Virus record (IMG/VR): IMGVR_UViG_3300045988_073134
DNA: 64,000 nucleotides
DNA from: a virus
Direction: 5' to 3' (one strand)
The position numbers and the translations under genes were made by a program. Below, piece after piece: positions 46,236 to 55,316 of the stretch. The first letter of the stretch is position 1. Each line of letters starts with the position of its first letter. The notes under the pieces were generated by a model. The model saw only the letters and a program-made list of their open reading frames with translations, was not told the DNA's origin and ran no database searches.

Positions 46236-46704
46236 ACTCCTTCAATTGAGCCATTAAGAATATTCTACTGTTAAAAGTTTCCTTGTCCAGTTTAAAATTT
46301 ATCCTTTGGTATTCCACCGGTAGTCTACAAACACTAACTATTACTGCACAATCATGTATAGTTAAACTTTGCTTATTGTTTGCTATTGTTCTTTTTATAG
46401 TACTCCAGGGTATCATATATACTTCTTTATAATCTCTGAACTCAACAACTACCATTGGATTACAGCCTTTTATATGGCTGTAAAAATCCAATTGTTCCTT
46501 TTGATTGTCGGTTATATTGCTAAAATCAAATCTACTACCTTTTACACTTTTTAACTCAAATAAGTACTGATAAGGGTATCTGTAATAGATAAAATCACAA
46601 GGATTCTTTACTCCTGCATATCCATTAGTAGTATCATATAATCTCACTAATTCTTTTCCGACTCCCTTCTTAAAGTTATTCTCGAATTTCTTTCCATAGT
46701 TCAT
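46219..46704 (-). CDS. recU: RecU-like Holliday junction resolvase
   Basis: NYGKKFENNFKKG...NPCDFIYYRYPYQYLFELKS gives the D...ExK arrangement. ATG 46704 has RBS AAGGAGG at 46711-46717. Confidence 0.55.
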   Translation of the reverse strand: MNYGKKFENNFKKGVGKELVRLYDTTNGYAGVKNPCDFIYYRYPYQYLFELKSVKGSRFDFSNITDNQKEQLDFYSHIKGCNPMVVVEFRDYKEVYMIPWSTIKRTIANNKQSLTIHDCAVIVSVCRLPVEYQRINFKLDKETFNSRIFLMAQLKECADNE

Positions 46705-47470
46705 TGGCATCCTCCTTAGCACAGATAGTTTTATATTTACAGTACGTGCATTTCGGCTCTTTTGGTGGTACTACATTCAATCTCACACAGTCATCTACGT
46801 ACTGTATAGTATCTTCTATGTTCTCAATCATTTCTTTTGGTACTTCAAATAAATAACCTTTTTTACTACAATTATCTCTATTCTCATAGATGAATATTAC
46901 TTTTGGTACGCCTATACACATAGAATAACAAGCTGCTTGTAGTTTATGTGCTTGATGTGGTCCCTCGTGTGAGTTATATTTATGTGTACTCTCAGTTTTA
47001 ATCTCTATTATATAGTACTCTCCTTTATAGTTCACTAATCCATCACACATAAATCTCATATTATATTTCTTACTGAATAACTTAGTTTCATTTCCTTCTT
47101 GAGATACCACCTGAGGGTCAGTAATTCCTTGTCTGTGTAAATACTCAGCTACATTAATCCATTTACAATTATTAGTGTATTTTGCCATTTGTTGTATATA
47201 ATCTTGTATTGTCTCATGTCTATCAGTTCCACTCTCACAGATACCGATTAAATTTAATCCACTACTTTGTTCATCTGGTTGAGCACCTATCATCTGATAA
47301 TATAGACCTCTCTTACAACCTGCTATCCCACTAGGTTTATAAGACCTAGTTGGGATATAATCACTTTCATTCTCCTTCTCTATTGTATATATTAAGTCAT
47401 TCACAAACTGTTGGGCAATCTCATTACTCTTTTCAGCTCTGACCATTTTGGCTATTTTATTCAACTTCAT
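46676..47470 (-). CDS. Cas4/RecB-like PD-(D/E)XK exonuclease with a 4-Cys cluster
   Basis: N-terminal Cys in GIAGCKRGLYY, IIEIKT, and C-terminal CTYCKYKTIC. ATG 47470 has RBS GGAGG. Confidence 0.6.
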   Translation of the reverse strand: MKLNKIAKMVRAEKSNEIAQQFVNDLIYTIEKENESDYIPTRSYKPSGIAGCKRGLYYQMIGAQPDEQSSGLNLIGICESGTDRHETIQDYIQQMAKYTNNCKWINVAEYLHRQGITDPQVVSQEGNETKLFSKKYNMRFMCDGLVNYKGEYYIIEIKTESTHKYNSHEGPHQAHKLQAACYSMCIGVPKVIFIYENRDNCSKKGYLFEVPKEMIENIEDTIQYVDDCVRLNVVPPKEPKCTYCKYKTICAKEDANELWKEIRE

Positions 47471-47480
47471 ATGAAACCTC

Positions 47481-48539
47481 CTATTCTTCATCGGCAGTTG
47501 CCAACAACATTATACTATCTTTAGTTTGTAGTTTAAGTGTTTCCTCTGCCCCAAATTCTATAGTTACATTAGGTTCATCTACTGCACTAAATAAGTCCTT
47601 CATATAAGCGCTATTTACACTGATAATAAATGGCTCTGATAAATCTATCGGCTTAGTATATTCAATCACCTCTAGGGACTTACTAGAAGTTGATATGACC
47701 ATATTAGTTTCACTAAATACTAAATCTATAATACCTTTATCGTATATACCTATAAATAAATCTAATCTATCTAATGCTTGTAAAACTTGCTTAACGTCTA
47801 CTTCACAAGTATGAGGATAATTACTAGTCAATAATGGAAATACATCGGGATACTCATCTGCTCCCTCTTGTAAGGCTCCAGTAATAGTTATATTTTGTCC
47901 TACCGCTCTCAATGTTGAGCAATCTTTATCTACCATAAATTTTATGTTCTCAACATCTATTGATTGTAATAAGTTTGCTAATGTTGGAGGTATTAATAAT
48001 TCTATTTCTTCTAAATCTTTACCGTCTAACTCAGTACTATATACTTTTATTGCATCAGCAGTAACTATCTCACTATCTCTTACTAAGTAACTAAATAATA
48101 CACCATCTGTTGGTACATTACTCTTAGCTTTAGCGCCACTAGTTATTGCATTACTTAAAGTTGTATAAGTTATAGTAAATTCCTTATCAACATCTATGTC
48201 TAAAGTTGGGTAAACTTCATCATTAACTATTTCAACTTTGTAATTACCATTACCTTTTACTTCTAAGTAGTTATCTGTCAATTTAAGTGTCACTGTATCT
48301 TTAGTAGTTTTATTAATTAATTTACTAAATTGGTCAGCTTTTACTATAACTGACATGTTCTCATCACATTCTGTTGGGTGATTAATTGTTATGAAGTTTA
48401 TGCCGTCTGTTGCTCTCAATGATAATCCTTCTACACTAAAATCTAACTCATAGTAATTAGTTATTTCTAATATTTTACTTGGTTTACAACTACTTACCGC
48501 TTTCAACATATCTTTTAATATACTTGTATTTACTTTCAT
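47481..48539 (-). CDS. dnaN: DNA polymerase III beta-like sliding clamp
   Basis: 352 aa with DnaN-like periodicity: ILKDMLKAVSS...LRATDGINF, EYPDVFPLL and VKQVLQALDRLDLF. Confidence 0.6.
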   Translation of the reverse strand: MKVNTSILKDMLKAVSSCKPSKILEITNYYELDFSVEGLSLRATDGINFITINHPTECDENMSVIVKADQFSKLINKTTKDTVTLKLTDNYLEVKGNGNYKVEIVNDEVYPTLDIDVDKEFTITYTTLSNAITSGAKAKSNVPTDGVLFSYLVRDSEIVTADAIKVYSTELDGKDLEEIELLIPPTLANLLQSIDVENIKFMVDKDCSTLRAVGQNITITGALQEGADEYPDVFPLLTSNYPHTCEVDVKQVLQALDRLDLFIGIYDKGIIDLVFSETNMVISTSSKSLEVIEYTKPIDLSEPFIISVNSAYMKDLFSAVDEPNVTIEFGAEETLKLQTKDSIMLLATADEE

Positions 48540-48550
48540 AATTTTCCCTC

Positions 48551-49462
48551 CTAAAATAATCTTTTTTGGTATCTGTTATTACCTTTATATTTATAGTTAT
48601 CTGCCCAATCTTTAAAGTAATTTATATTGTATAATTGTCTACTCTCTTGGTTTTCCATACATTGCTCTATTGATGTTCCATATGAAACGCATTGCTCATC
48701 TATTTGTCTCTGTACTAACTGTGGTAATTTATTGTAATGACTGACTTTGTGTTGTACTTTTGGTGATACACATATTCTACCATATTTGGTACATAACTCT
48801 CCATTTATTGCAGCCATTAACCACGTTGTACTGTCTGCACTCTCAAAGGGATAATTTTCTAATATGTCTAAGTTAGTCATCCCAAACGCATGAACTTTTA
48901 CTTTTGGATTCTTACTTTGTTGTATAATCTTAAAACATTGTTTATACCAATCTTCTTTTACTGAGCTGGCCAATCCAACAGTTCCACCAAGTCCTATATA
49001 TGGAATATGTTTCCCATGAAACGTTGCCTCTAACATATTTTGTAGATGTCTAAAGTCTTCTCCAATATGAAATACTGGTAATAATTTGTCTTTGTCTCTT
49101 ACTTGCTCTCTCATATATAAATAATTGTGCCATGACTTCTCAGGCGATTCACGTTGCTCTAATAATGTAGGTTTTCTTTTTAACTCACCTGGAATGTCAT
49201 CTACACTTGCAAACAAAGTAAATTTGTCTGTATTATCATTTATAAACTTTATATAATCTTCTACGTCTATATGTTTATTTTTACTCCAAGCACTGTATGC
49301 TCCCGAGTCTATAAATAACTTATTATTGGACATTACTTCTAAAAACTTCATTATAACTTTTCTGTCATTTATTTGTGAAAATAGTACATCACATTCTCTT
49401 TTTATTATTATGTCATTCTGAGTATTTACTTTACTTCCCGCTAAATATAAGTTAAAACTCAT
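48551..49462 (-). CDS. dpdA: DpdA-like DNA guanine transglycosylase, paralogue 2 (TGT fold)
   Basis: LFIDSGAYSAW, GLGGTVG, HAFGMT and ESADSTTW parallel the TGT motifs DSGGFQ, LxGVG and DxFDS. It lies downstream of the preQ0 genes. Confidence 0.6.
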   Translation of the reverse strand: MSFNLYLAGSKVNTQNDIIIKRECDVLFSQINDRKVIMKFLEVMSNNKLFIDSGAYSAWSKNKHIDVEDYIKFINDNTDKFTLFASVDDIPGELKRKPTLLEQRESPEKSWHNYLYMREQVRDKDKLLPVFHIGEDFRHLQNMLEATFHGKHIPYIGLGGTVGLASSVKEDWYKQCFKIIQQSKNPKVKVHAFGMTNLDILENYPFESADSTTWLMAAINGELCTKYGRICVSPKVQHKVSHYNKLPQLVQRQIDEQCVSYGTSIEQCMENQESRQLYNINYFKDWADNYKYKGNNRYQKRLF

Positions 49463-49474
49463 TCAGCTCACCTC

Positions 49475-50398
49475 CTAAAATAATCTCTTTTGAAACCTAT
49501 TGTTACCTTTGTATTTATACTTATCTGCCCAGTTTTGTATATAATGAATATTAACAACAGTTCTCAAGTTAGTATTTTCTACACATTCTTCTAATGTCAA
49601 ATTACATTCAGCTATTTGTGCTTCCACTTGTTTCTGTACATCTTTTGGTAATTTTAATATGTGGTTAGGTCTGTGTTGAGCAGAATTAGATAATCCTACA
49701 ACACCATATTTTGTAAGAATATTTCCATTAATTGCCAACATCATCCAGGTAGTACTATCAGCACTTGTAAATGGATAATTCTCTAATATATTCAAACTAG
49801 TCATTCCAAAAGCATGTGTTTTTATATTTGGGTTATTACTCTCTTTTATTACTTTAAAACATTGTTTATACCAATTACTCTTTACTGAACTTGGTCTAAC
49901 TCCAACTGTTCCTCCTAACGCTATATATGGTATATGTTTTCCGTCTAATATTGTATTACACATATTACTCAGATGTTTAAAATCTTCTCCCATATGAAAA
50001 ACTGGTAATAATTTGTCGGGTTCTTTAACTCGCTCTCTCATATATAAATAATTTTCCCACGATAATAATGGAGATTGTTGTTTCTCTTTTAGTGTTGGTG
50101 TTCTCGTTAATTCTCCTGGTATATTATCTACACTAGCAAACAATGTTAACTCATTGGTATTCTCATTTAAATAATTTATATACTCATCTGTATCAATACT
50201 TTTACCTCTTGACCAGGCACTATATGCTCCACTATCTACAAATACTTTTGTACCTGGTTTTTCTTTAGCTTGTTGTAACCATAATTTTCCTCTACTCCTA
50301 TCACGTAGTTGAGAATATAATCTACAACTTCCTCTTGCCATCATGGCTTCATCAGCTTCAATATCTCTCACTCCTGCGAAGTATAAATCAAAACTCAT
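49475..50398 (-). CDS. dpdA: DpdA-like DNA guanine transglycosylase, paralogue 1 (TGT fold)
   Basis: VFVDSGAYSAW, ALGGTVG, HAFGMT and TSADSTTW. It is roughly half to 60 percent identical to the next gene by eye and shares its C-terminus KYKGNNR(F/Y)QKRLF. Confidence 0.6.
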   Translation of the reverse strand: MSFDLYFAGVRDIEADEAMMARGSCRLYSQLRDRSRGKLWLQQAKEKPGTKVFVDSGAYSAWSRGKSIDTDEYINYLNENTNELTLFASVDNIPGELTRTPTLKEKQQSPLLSWENYLYMRERVKEPDKLLPVFHMGEDFKHLSNMCNTILDGKHIPYIALGGTVGVRPSSVKSNWYKQCFKVIKESNNPNIKTHAFGMTSLNILENYPFTSADSTTWMMLAINGNILTKYGVVGLSNSAQHRPNHILKLPKDVQKQVEAQIAECNLTLEECVENTNLRTVVNIHYIQNWADKYKYKGNNRFQKRLF

Positions 50399-50419
50399 GT
50401 TATCAACTCCTTTTTAATT

Positions 50420-50456
50420 ACATATATAGTATATAAAAAGTGGCCAGTTTACTAAC
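50420..50456 (-). promoter_or_regulatory. 37-bp promoter motif copy P7
   Basis: The + strand reads acatatatagtatataaaaagtggccagtttactaac. It lies upstream of dpdA paralogue 1. Confidence 0.55.
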
Positions 50457-50463
50457 TGACCAC
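50435..50463 (-). terminator. Terminator hairpin embedded in P7, after folE
   Basis: The minus strand reads GTGGTCAG-TTAGTAAA-CTGGCCAC followed by TTTTTATATACT, with one mismatch. Confidence 0.5.
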
Positions 50464-50471
50464 TTAATTTT

Positions 50472-51050
50472 TTATCTAAATAATTCATATGCTTCTTGTC
50501 TTAATTCAATATTAGTTTTAAATCTACCTCTTATAGTTGCAGTTCTTGTTTTAGCTCCACGAGATTTAATTCCTCTTGCAGTCATACAACTATGTTCACC
50601 TTCTACTACTACAATTATATCTTCTGTATCTAATATCATCTGTAGTATATCAGCAATATCTTCTCCAATACGTTCTTGTAATTGTAGTCTCTTAGCTACC
50701 ATGTCTGCCACTCTAGCAATTTTACTAAGTCCTATAACCTTTCCGTTTGCTATGTATCCAACACTGACAGTCATATTATACATTAATGCCAAGTGGTGTT
50801 CACAATAACTAAAAATTGGTATTTTAGATACAGTTACAAGGTCATCTGCTCCCTCATCATAAAAACATTTATCGAACATCTCAGCTATTTCTTCATTTGT
50901 ATAGTTCATACCTTCAAATACTTCTTGATACATTTTAGCGACTCTTTTAGGAGTCTCTTTTAGTCCTGCTCTGTCTGGGTCATCTCCTAACGCCACTAAT
51001 ATATCTCTTACTGCACTTTCAATTTTCTTAGTATCTATCATATTATACAC
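50472..51050 (-). CDS. folE: GTP cyclohydrolase I
   Basis: [34 protein letters not shown] and [11 protein letters not shown]. Confidence 0.85.
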   Translation of the reverse strand: MYNMIDTKKIESAVRDILVALGDDPDRAGLKETPKRVAKMYQEVFEGMNYTNEEIAEMFDKCFYDEGADDLVTVSKIPIFSYCEHHLALMYNMTVSVGYIANGKVIGLSKIARVADMVAKRLQLQERIGEDIADILQMILDTEDIIVVVEGEHSCMTARGIKSRGAKTRTATIRGRFKTNIELRQEAYELFR

Positions 51051-51699
51051 CTCTCATATTTGGATTCCATATTATTTTATGCAACTGAACTTGTACTTTT
51101 ACATTGTTTAATCTATTATCCAGTATATACTCAACTAATTCTTTTGGTTCTATTTTACCAAATACTGGTGATACATAAGGCTGAGCTTTACATTCGCTCT
51201 CCTCTAGTATATATTCCATTTTCTCTAATTCATTGTAATTACTAACTACAAATTTAATTACATCTTTAGGTTGAAGTAATTTTAAATTCCACAACTTCAT
51301 TTTATCTTCCATGCCACTACTTGCACATTTATAATCCATTGTGAATATTACTTTACTATTATACTTGTATTCCCAAAACTTATCTAAATCAACTGCTCCA
51401 TTAGTTTCTATATTTACTTCAACATCATTAGCTACTAAAGAGTTGATTAAATCTTTTACATTCTCATGTATTAATGGTTCTCCTCCAGTTAATGTTACAC
51501 GAGGAACTCCGTATGTTAATACCTCATCTAATATATCCATTAATGGCATTTCAGTATATTCACTATTTTCACAACTATAACGAGTATCACAGTAACTACA
51601 TTTTAAATTACAGCCATACAGTCTTATAAAGACTGTAGGCAACCCAGTTCTAACTCCTTCTCCATCTATACTAAGAAATATTTCATTTACTTTATACAT
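51043..51699 (-). CDS. queE: 7-carboxy-7-deazaguanine synthase (radical SAM)
   Basis: [42 protein letters not shown] 51699 lies just after the queD stop. The track start at 51765 is inside queD. Confidence 0.85.
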   Translation of the reverse strand: MYKVNEIFLSIDGEGVRTGLPTVFIRLYGCNLKCSYCDTRYSCENSEYTEMPLMDILDEVLTYGVPRVTLTGGEPLIHENVKDLINSLVANDVEVNIETNGAVDLDKFWEYKYNSKVIFTMDYKCASSGMEDKMKLWNLKLLQPKDVIKFVVSNYNELEKMEYILEESECKAQPYVSPVFGKIEPKELVEYILDNRLNNVKVQVQLHKIIWNPNMRGV

Positions 51700-51700
51700 T

Positions 51701-52075
51701 TTATCTTCCACAATTACATCCCCCTTTAACTTCATATATTGCAGTGTTATGAGCACTTTCCTCAACGCTTACTCTAGTACATTTTACATATATGCCATCA
51801 AACATACCAGTTAATTGGTCAGCTATCCATTTAGCAATATTCTCAGCAGTTGGATTAACTCCAACAACATCATTTATATACGCATGGTCTAATTGGTTTA
51901 CAACTCTTTTTATATGAGTAAAATCCATTACCATTCCATACTCAGTTAATTCTTCACTCTCTATTTGAACTTCTATATTCCAGTTATGACCATGTAGGTT
52001 ACTACATTTACTTTCATAAGGTAAATCTAATTTATGAGCTCCTGCAACTTCCATTTTCTTTATTATTTTATACAT
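51701..52075 (-). CDS. queD: 6-carboxy-5,6,7,8-tetrahydropterin synthase
   Basis: 124 aa with SKCSNLHGHNW and the PTS-fold size. Confidence 0.8.
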   Translation of the reverse strand: MYKIIKKMEVAGAHKLDLPYESKCSNLHGHNWNIEVQIESEELTEYGMVMDFTHIKRVVNQLDHAYINDVVGVNPTAENIAKWIADQLTGMFDGIYVKCTRVSVEESAHNTAIYEVKGGCNCGR

Positions 52076-52076
52076 A

Positions 52077-52811
52077 TTATTTTTCCTCCCAATCTATTTT
52101 TATTTTATATGGTACAGGGTCAACTGCTCCATTTGCCTTAAAGGCATTTATTCTATCTATACAAGTACCACAAGTACCACAACAAGGTCTTTCACCTTCA
52201 TAACAGCTATGAGTTAATTCGTATGGCACTTTTAAATCTAATCCCAAACGTACAATATCTTTTTTAGTCATATTTACAAAAGGAGCATGAACTCTAACTT
52301 TGTCATAAGTACCAATTGATATAGCTTTATCCATAGTCTCAGTAAATTCAGGACTACAGTCAGCATAGGCTTCACCGGCTGCATCATCTACATGAGCTCC
52401 TAAATATATAGTAGCAATTGTGTCTGGTTTGTCTTCAACTAGACTCATCGCTATGGCAGCTACACTACTTAATAATAATCCATTTCTAAATGGTACATAA
52501 GTTCTTACCATTCCCTCTCCATCTTTGGCTATTTGGTCTGCATAACTCTCATGTCTAATTTCTTCTGTACTATTAGATAATAGAGAACAGTTACTATATG
52601 CAAATATTTTACTTAAATCTATTTCTATATGTTTTACATCATAATACTCAGCTATATCTTTTGCACATTTCAATTCAATACTGTGCTTTTGTCCATAATA
52701 CGCACTAACTGTAACAACATTCTCTTTTCCATATAAATCTACTGCTAATCCCACTGCTGTTGTACTATCTACACCACCACTATTTAATACTACTGCAATT
52801 TCTTTACTCAT
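52077..52811 (-). CDS. queC: 7-cyano-7-deazaguanine (preQ0) synthase
   Basis: PP-loop VVLNSGGVDSTT and C-terminal zinc motif SCYEGERPCCGTCGTCIDR. Confidence 0.85.
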   Translation of the reverse strand: MSKEIAVVLNSGGVDSTTAVGLAVDLYGKENVVTVSAYYGQKHSIELKCAKDIAEYYDVKHIEIDLSKIFAYSNCSLLSNSTEEIRHESYADQIAKDGEGMVRTYVPFRNGLLLSSVAAIAMSLVEDKPDTIATIYLGAHVDDAAGEAYADCSPEFTETMDKAISIGTYDKVRVHAPFVNMTKKDIVRLGLDLKVPYELTHSCYEGERPCCGTCGTCIDRINAFKANGAVDPVPYKIKIDWEEK

Positions 52812-52842
52812 TATTACACATCTCCTTTTTCTTATTTGTTAT

Positions 52843-52879
52843 ACATATATAGTATATAAAAAACTCGGCTTTTACTAAC
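52843..52879 (-). promoter_or_regulatory. 37-bp promoter motif copy P8
   Basis: The + strand reads acatatatagtatataaaaaactcggcttttactaac. It lies upstream of queC. Confidence 0.55.
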
Positions 52880-52886
52880 CGAGTTT
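52857..52886 (-). terminator. Terminator hairpin embedded in P8, after polA
   Basis: The minus strand reads AAACTCGG-TTAGTAAAAG-CCGAGTTT followed by TTTATATACT. Confidence 0.55.
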
Positions 52887-52896
52887 TAAATATTTA

Positions 52897-55251
52897 TTAA
52901 ATTTCTATTCCCTCTCCATACCATCTATACGTACATTCAATATCAGTTTTCATTGGTATTTCAAATTTTCCGTCTACTACGTGTACCATAATGTACTCTA
53001 ATATATCTCTCACCTCTTTGGCATTCTCTTTTGGACATACTCCTAATACTTCATCATGCACCGGTATGATTAATTTATATCCCAATTCTTGTAGTCTTTT
53101 ATTGTCATGAATTCTTATCATTGCTATCTTTGTCATATCAGCCGCACTACCTTGTATTATACTGTTAACACATTGTCTCTGAGCATCTGCTATATACCCA
53201 CCATTATCAACTATTTTATAACCTTCATCTTTGGCCAGTTGTTTAATCTTCTCTTTTGCCTCTCTACCAAAGGCTCTATTCATTAATTTAAGATATTTGA
53301 AGTAAACTTCGTCACTCACCTCTGTATTAGCAGTTCCAGTAAAATCTAATGGATTAAATGTATCAACTAAGTTAGGATTCTCAACTGTTATTTCAATTGG
53401 GTCTAACTGCATATTTGGTAATCTTCTTTTTCTTCCCCACGCAGTCTCTACAAAACCATACTCTCTCGCATTCTCTTGAGCAAAGTCTACAAATCCTTTT
53501 ACTTTTGGGAACTGATTGTAAAAATCGTTAATAACTTGCTGTGCCTCCTCTTTACTGATATTCATCTGCTCAGCTATACTTGTTACACCTCTACCATACA
53601 TAATTCCTAGTAATATAGGTTTTACTGAACTTCTACGTTGTTTCCCTTCAGGGTTAACTGTACCGTCAGGTCTGAACTCTTTACACTCATCATATGGCAT
53701 ATTATACAACTTACTGGCTATAGTACTATATAAATCTTTACCGTCTAAATATGCTTGTATCATATGTTCGTCCTGACTCATATGTGCCAAACATCTCGGT
53801 TCTTGTTGTGAGAAGTCACCACCAATTATTACATTACCTGGGCCTGCAACAAACATCTGTCTAATATCATGTCCAGCATCTATTACAGTGCCATCACTTA
53901 ATTTTTTAGTCCTACTTGGTATATTTTGTAAGTTTGGGTCACTACTACTAAATCTACCAGTTTTAGCTCCATACTGATTAAAGTTTGCGTGTAACTTACC
54001 AGTTCTTTTGCTTATATGTTCAGGAATAGCATCAATATAAGTACTTAATAGTTTACTCATACCTCTATACTCTAAAATACTGTTAACTAATGGATGATGT
54101 AATTGTTTTAGCTGCTCTTCACCAACACTACGTTGTCCTTTCGGTGGCTCTAATTTTAAGACATCGTAGAATAATATTACTAACTGTTGATTACTTCCTA
54201 TATTAATATTTACTTCTCCAAACTCACTTATTTTGTTATATTTATCAGGATGTTTTACTCTTAAGTCATTGAATACTCCTTGTTTATCAAGTTCAGATAC
54301 TTGTGTATTGAACTCATTAAGTGCATTATCCATATACGTAGTATATCGCTCTTTAAGTTGTTGTGCTAAGTTTGTATCTATGTCTACTCCTTGAGCCTCC
54401 ATATCAAATACTACTTCTATTAATGGCATTTCTATATTTCTAAATACATCTGCCACTCTCTCAAGTCCTTTTTTATAACAGTATTTTCCGTCTCTGTCCA
54501 AATACTCACGTTGAAATTCATATAATTCAAAAGTCATTATAGGGTCAAAGGCTGCATACATATAGCCAACATCGGGAGGTATTTTGTTGAACTCAATACC
54601 ATTGAACAATTCACCAAATTTCCCTACCTCAGCACTCTCTCCTGTACAATACTTTTGCCATAATACTTTTAAGCCATGAGGTTCATTTTCATTAAGTAAA
54701 TACCCTCCAATTAATGTATCCCAGTATGGCACTATTTTTACTCCTATCATCCAATATAGTATATGCATATCGAACTTAGCATTATGGAGTACAAATCTAA
54801 TATTATTATCTGACCAAGATTGTATTAATTTCCTAACTACTTCAATAGATACATTACTTTGTAATTCCATATTTGTCATATAACTTATATGTCCTACTGG
54901 AATATATATCCCTTTTTCATATGGAGTATAAAGACATATACCAGCTACTTTTCCATCTATTCTATCAAGTCCGTTTGTCTCAGTATCTAATGCTACTATG
55001 CCATTGGCTACTACTTTTTTATCAAACTGTCTTAATCTATCTTCACTAGTTACTAATTCCATTCTATCCAGTCTGTCAGCAAATATTTTAGTAGACATCA
55101 TCTTTGCATATTCTACTTTATCCTTCATTGTCTTAGGTACTATTGATGTTACTGGCGCTCTTTTATTTTTCTTTTTATTCAACACTTCTAACGCTTTTTT
55201 ATTCGCTTCTTTATTATTACAACGACTAAATGTATCTTTAAACAAACTCAT
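52897..55251 (-). CDS. polA: Family A DNA polymerase with a 3'-5' exonuclease domain
   Basis: Exo I ALDTETNGL. Motif A GDFSQQEPRCLA. Motif B KPILLGIMYGRG. Motif C IPVHDEVL. Confidence 0.9.
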   Translation of the reverse strand: MSLFKDTFSRCNNKEANKKALEVLNKKKNKRAPVTSIVPKTMKDKVEYAKMMSTKIFADRLDRMELVTSEDRLRQFDKKVVANGIVALDTETNGLDRIDGKVAGICLYTPYEKGIYIPVGHISYMTNMELQSNVSIEVVRKLIQSWSDNNIRFVLHNAKFDMHILYWMIGVKIVPYWDTLIGGYLLNENEPHGLKVLWQKYCTGESAEVGKFGELFNGIEFNKIPPDVGYMYAAFDPIMTFELYEFQREYLDRDGKYCYKKGLERVADVFRNIEMPLIEVVFDMEAQGVDIDTNLAQQLKERYTTYMDNALNEFNTQVSELDKQGVFNDLRVKHPDKYNKISEFGEVNINIGSNQQLVILFYDVLKLEPPKGQRSVGEEQLKQLHHPLVNSILEYRGMSKLLSTYIDAIPEHISKRTGKLHANFNQYGAKTGRFSSSDPNLQNIPSRTKKLSDGTVIDAGHDIRQMFVAGPGNVIIGGDFSQQEPRCLAHMSQDEHMIQAYLDGKDLYSTIASKLYNMPYDECKEFRPDGTVNPEGKQRRSSVKPILLGIMYGRGVTSIAEQMNISKEEAQQVINDFYNQFPKVKGFVDFAQENAREYGFVETAWGRKRRLPNMQLDPIEITVENPNLVDTFNPLDFTGTANTEVSDEVYFKYLKLMNRAFGREAKEKIKQLAKDEGYKIVDNGGYIADAQRQCVNSIIQGSAADMTKIAMIRIHDNKRLQELGYKLIIPVHDEVLGVCPKENAKEVRDILEYIMVHVVDGKFEIPMKTDIECTYRWYGEGIEI

Positions 55252-55263
55252 TATATCCCTCCT

Positions 55264-55296
55264 ATAAAAAATACCAGGTAATTACTACCTGGTATT
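55264..55296 (-). terminator. Intrinsic terminator between the SSB-like gene and polA, flush with the polA RBS
   Basis: The minus strand reads AATACCAGGTA-GTAAT-TACCTGGTATT followed by TTTTATAGGAGGG. Confidence 0.6.
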
Positions 55297-55316
55297 AACT
55301 TGTTATTTATTTGTTA

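Noticed and set aside
16903-51765. Longer N-terminal extensions given by the ORF track (16939, 19511, 24519, 25263, 27703, 29631, 33988, 34381, 35046, 38277, 39249, 41541, 42342, 45308, 46722, 47491, 51765)
   Set aside because: These starts are GTG or TTG codons, or ATGs without an RBS, and often lie inside the upstream gene. In each case an internal ATG preceded by GGAGG at 5-10 nt was preferred. The uncertainty is a few codons only.
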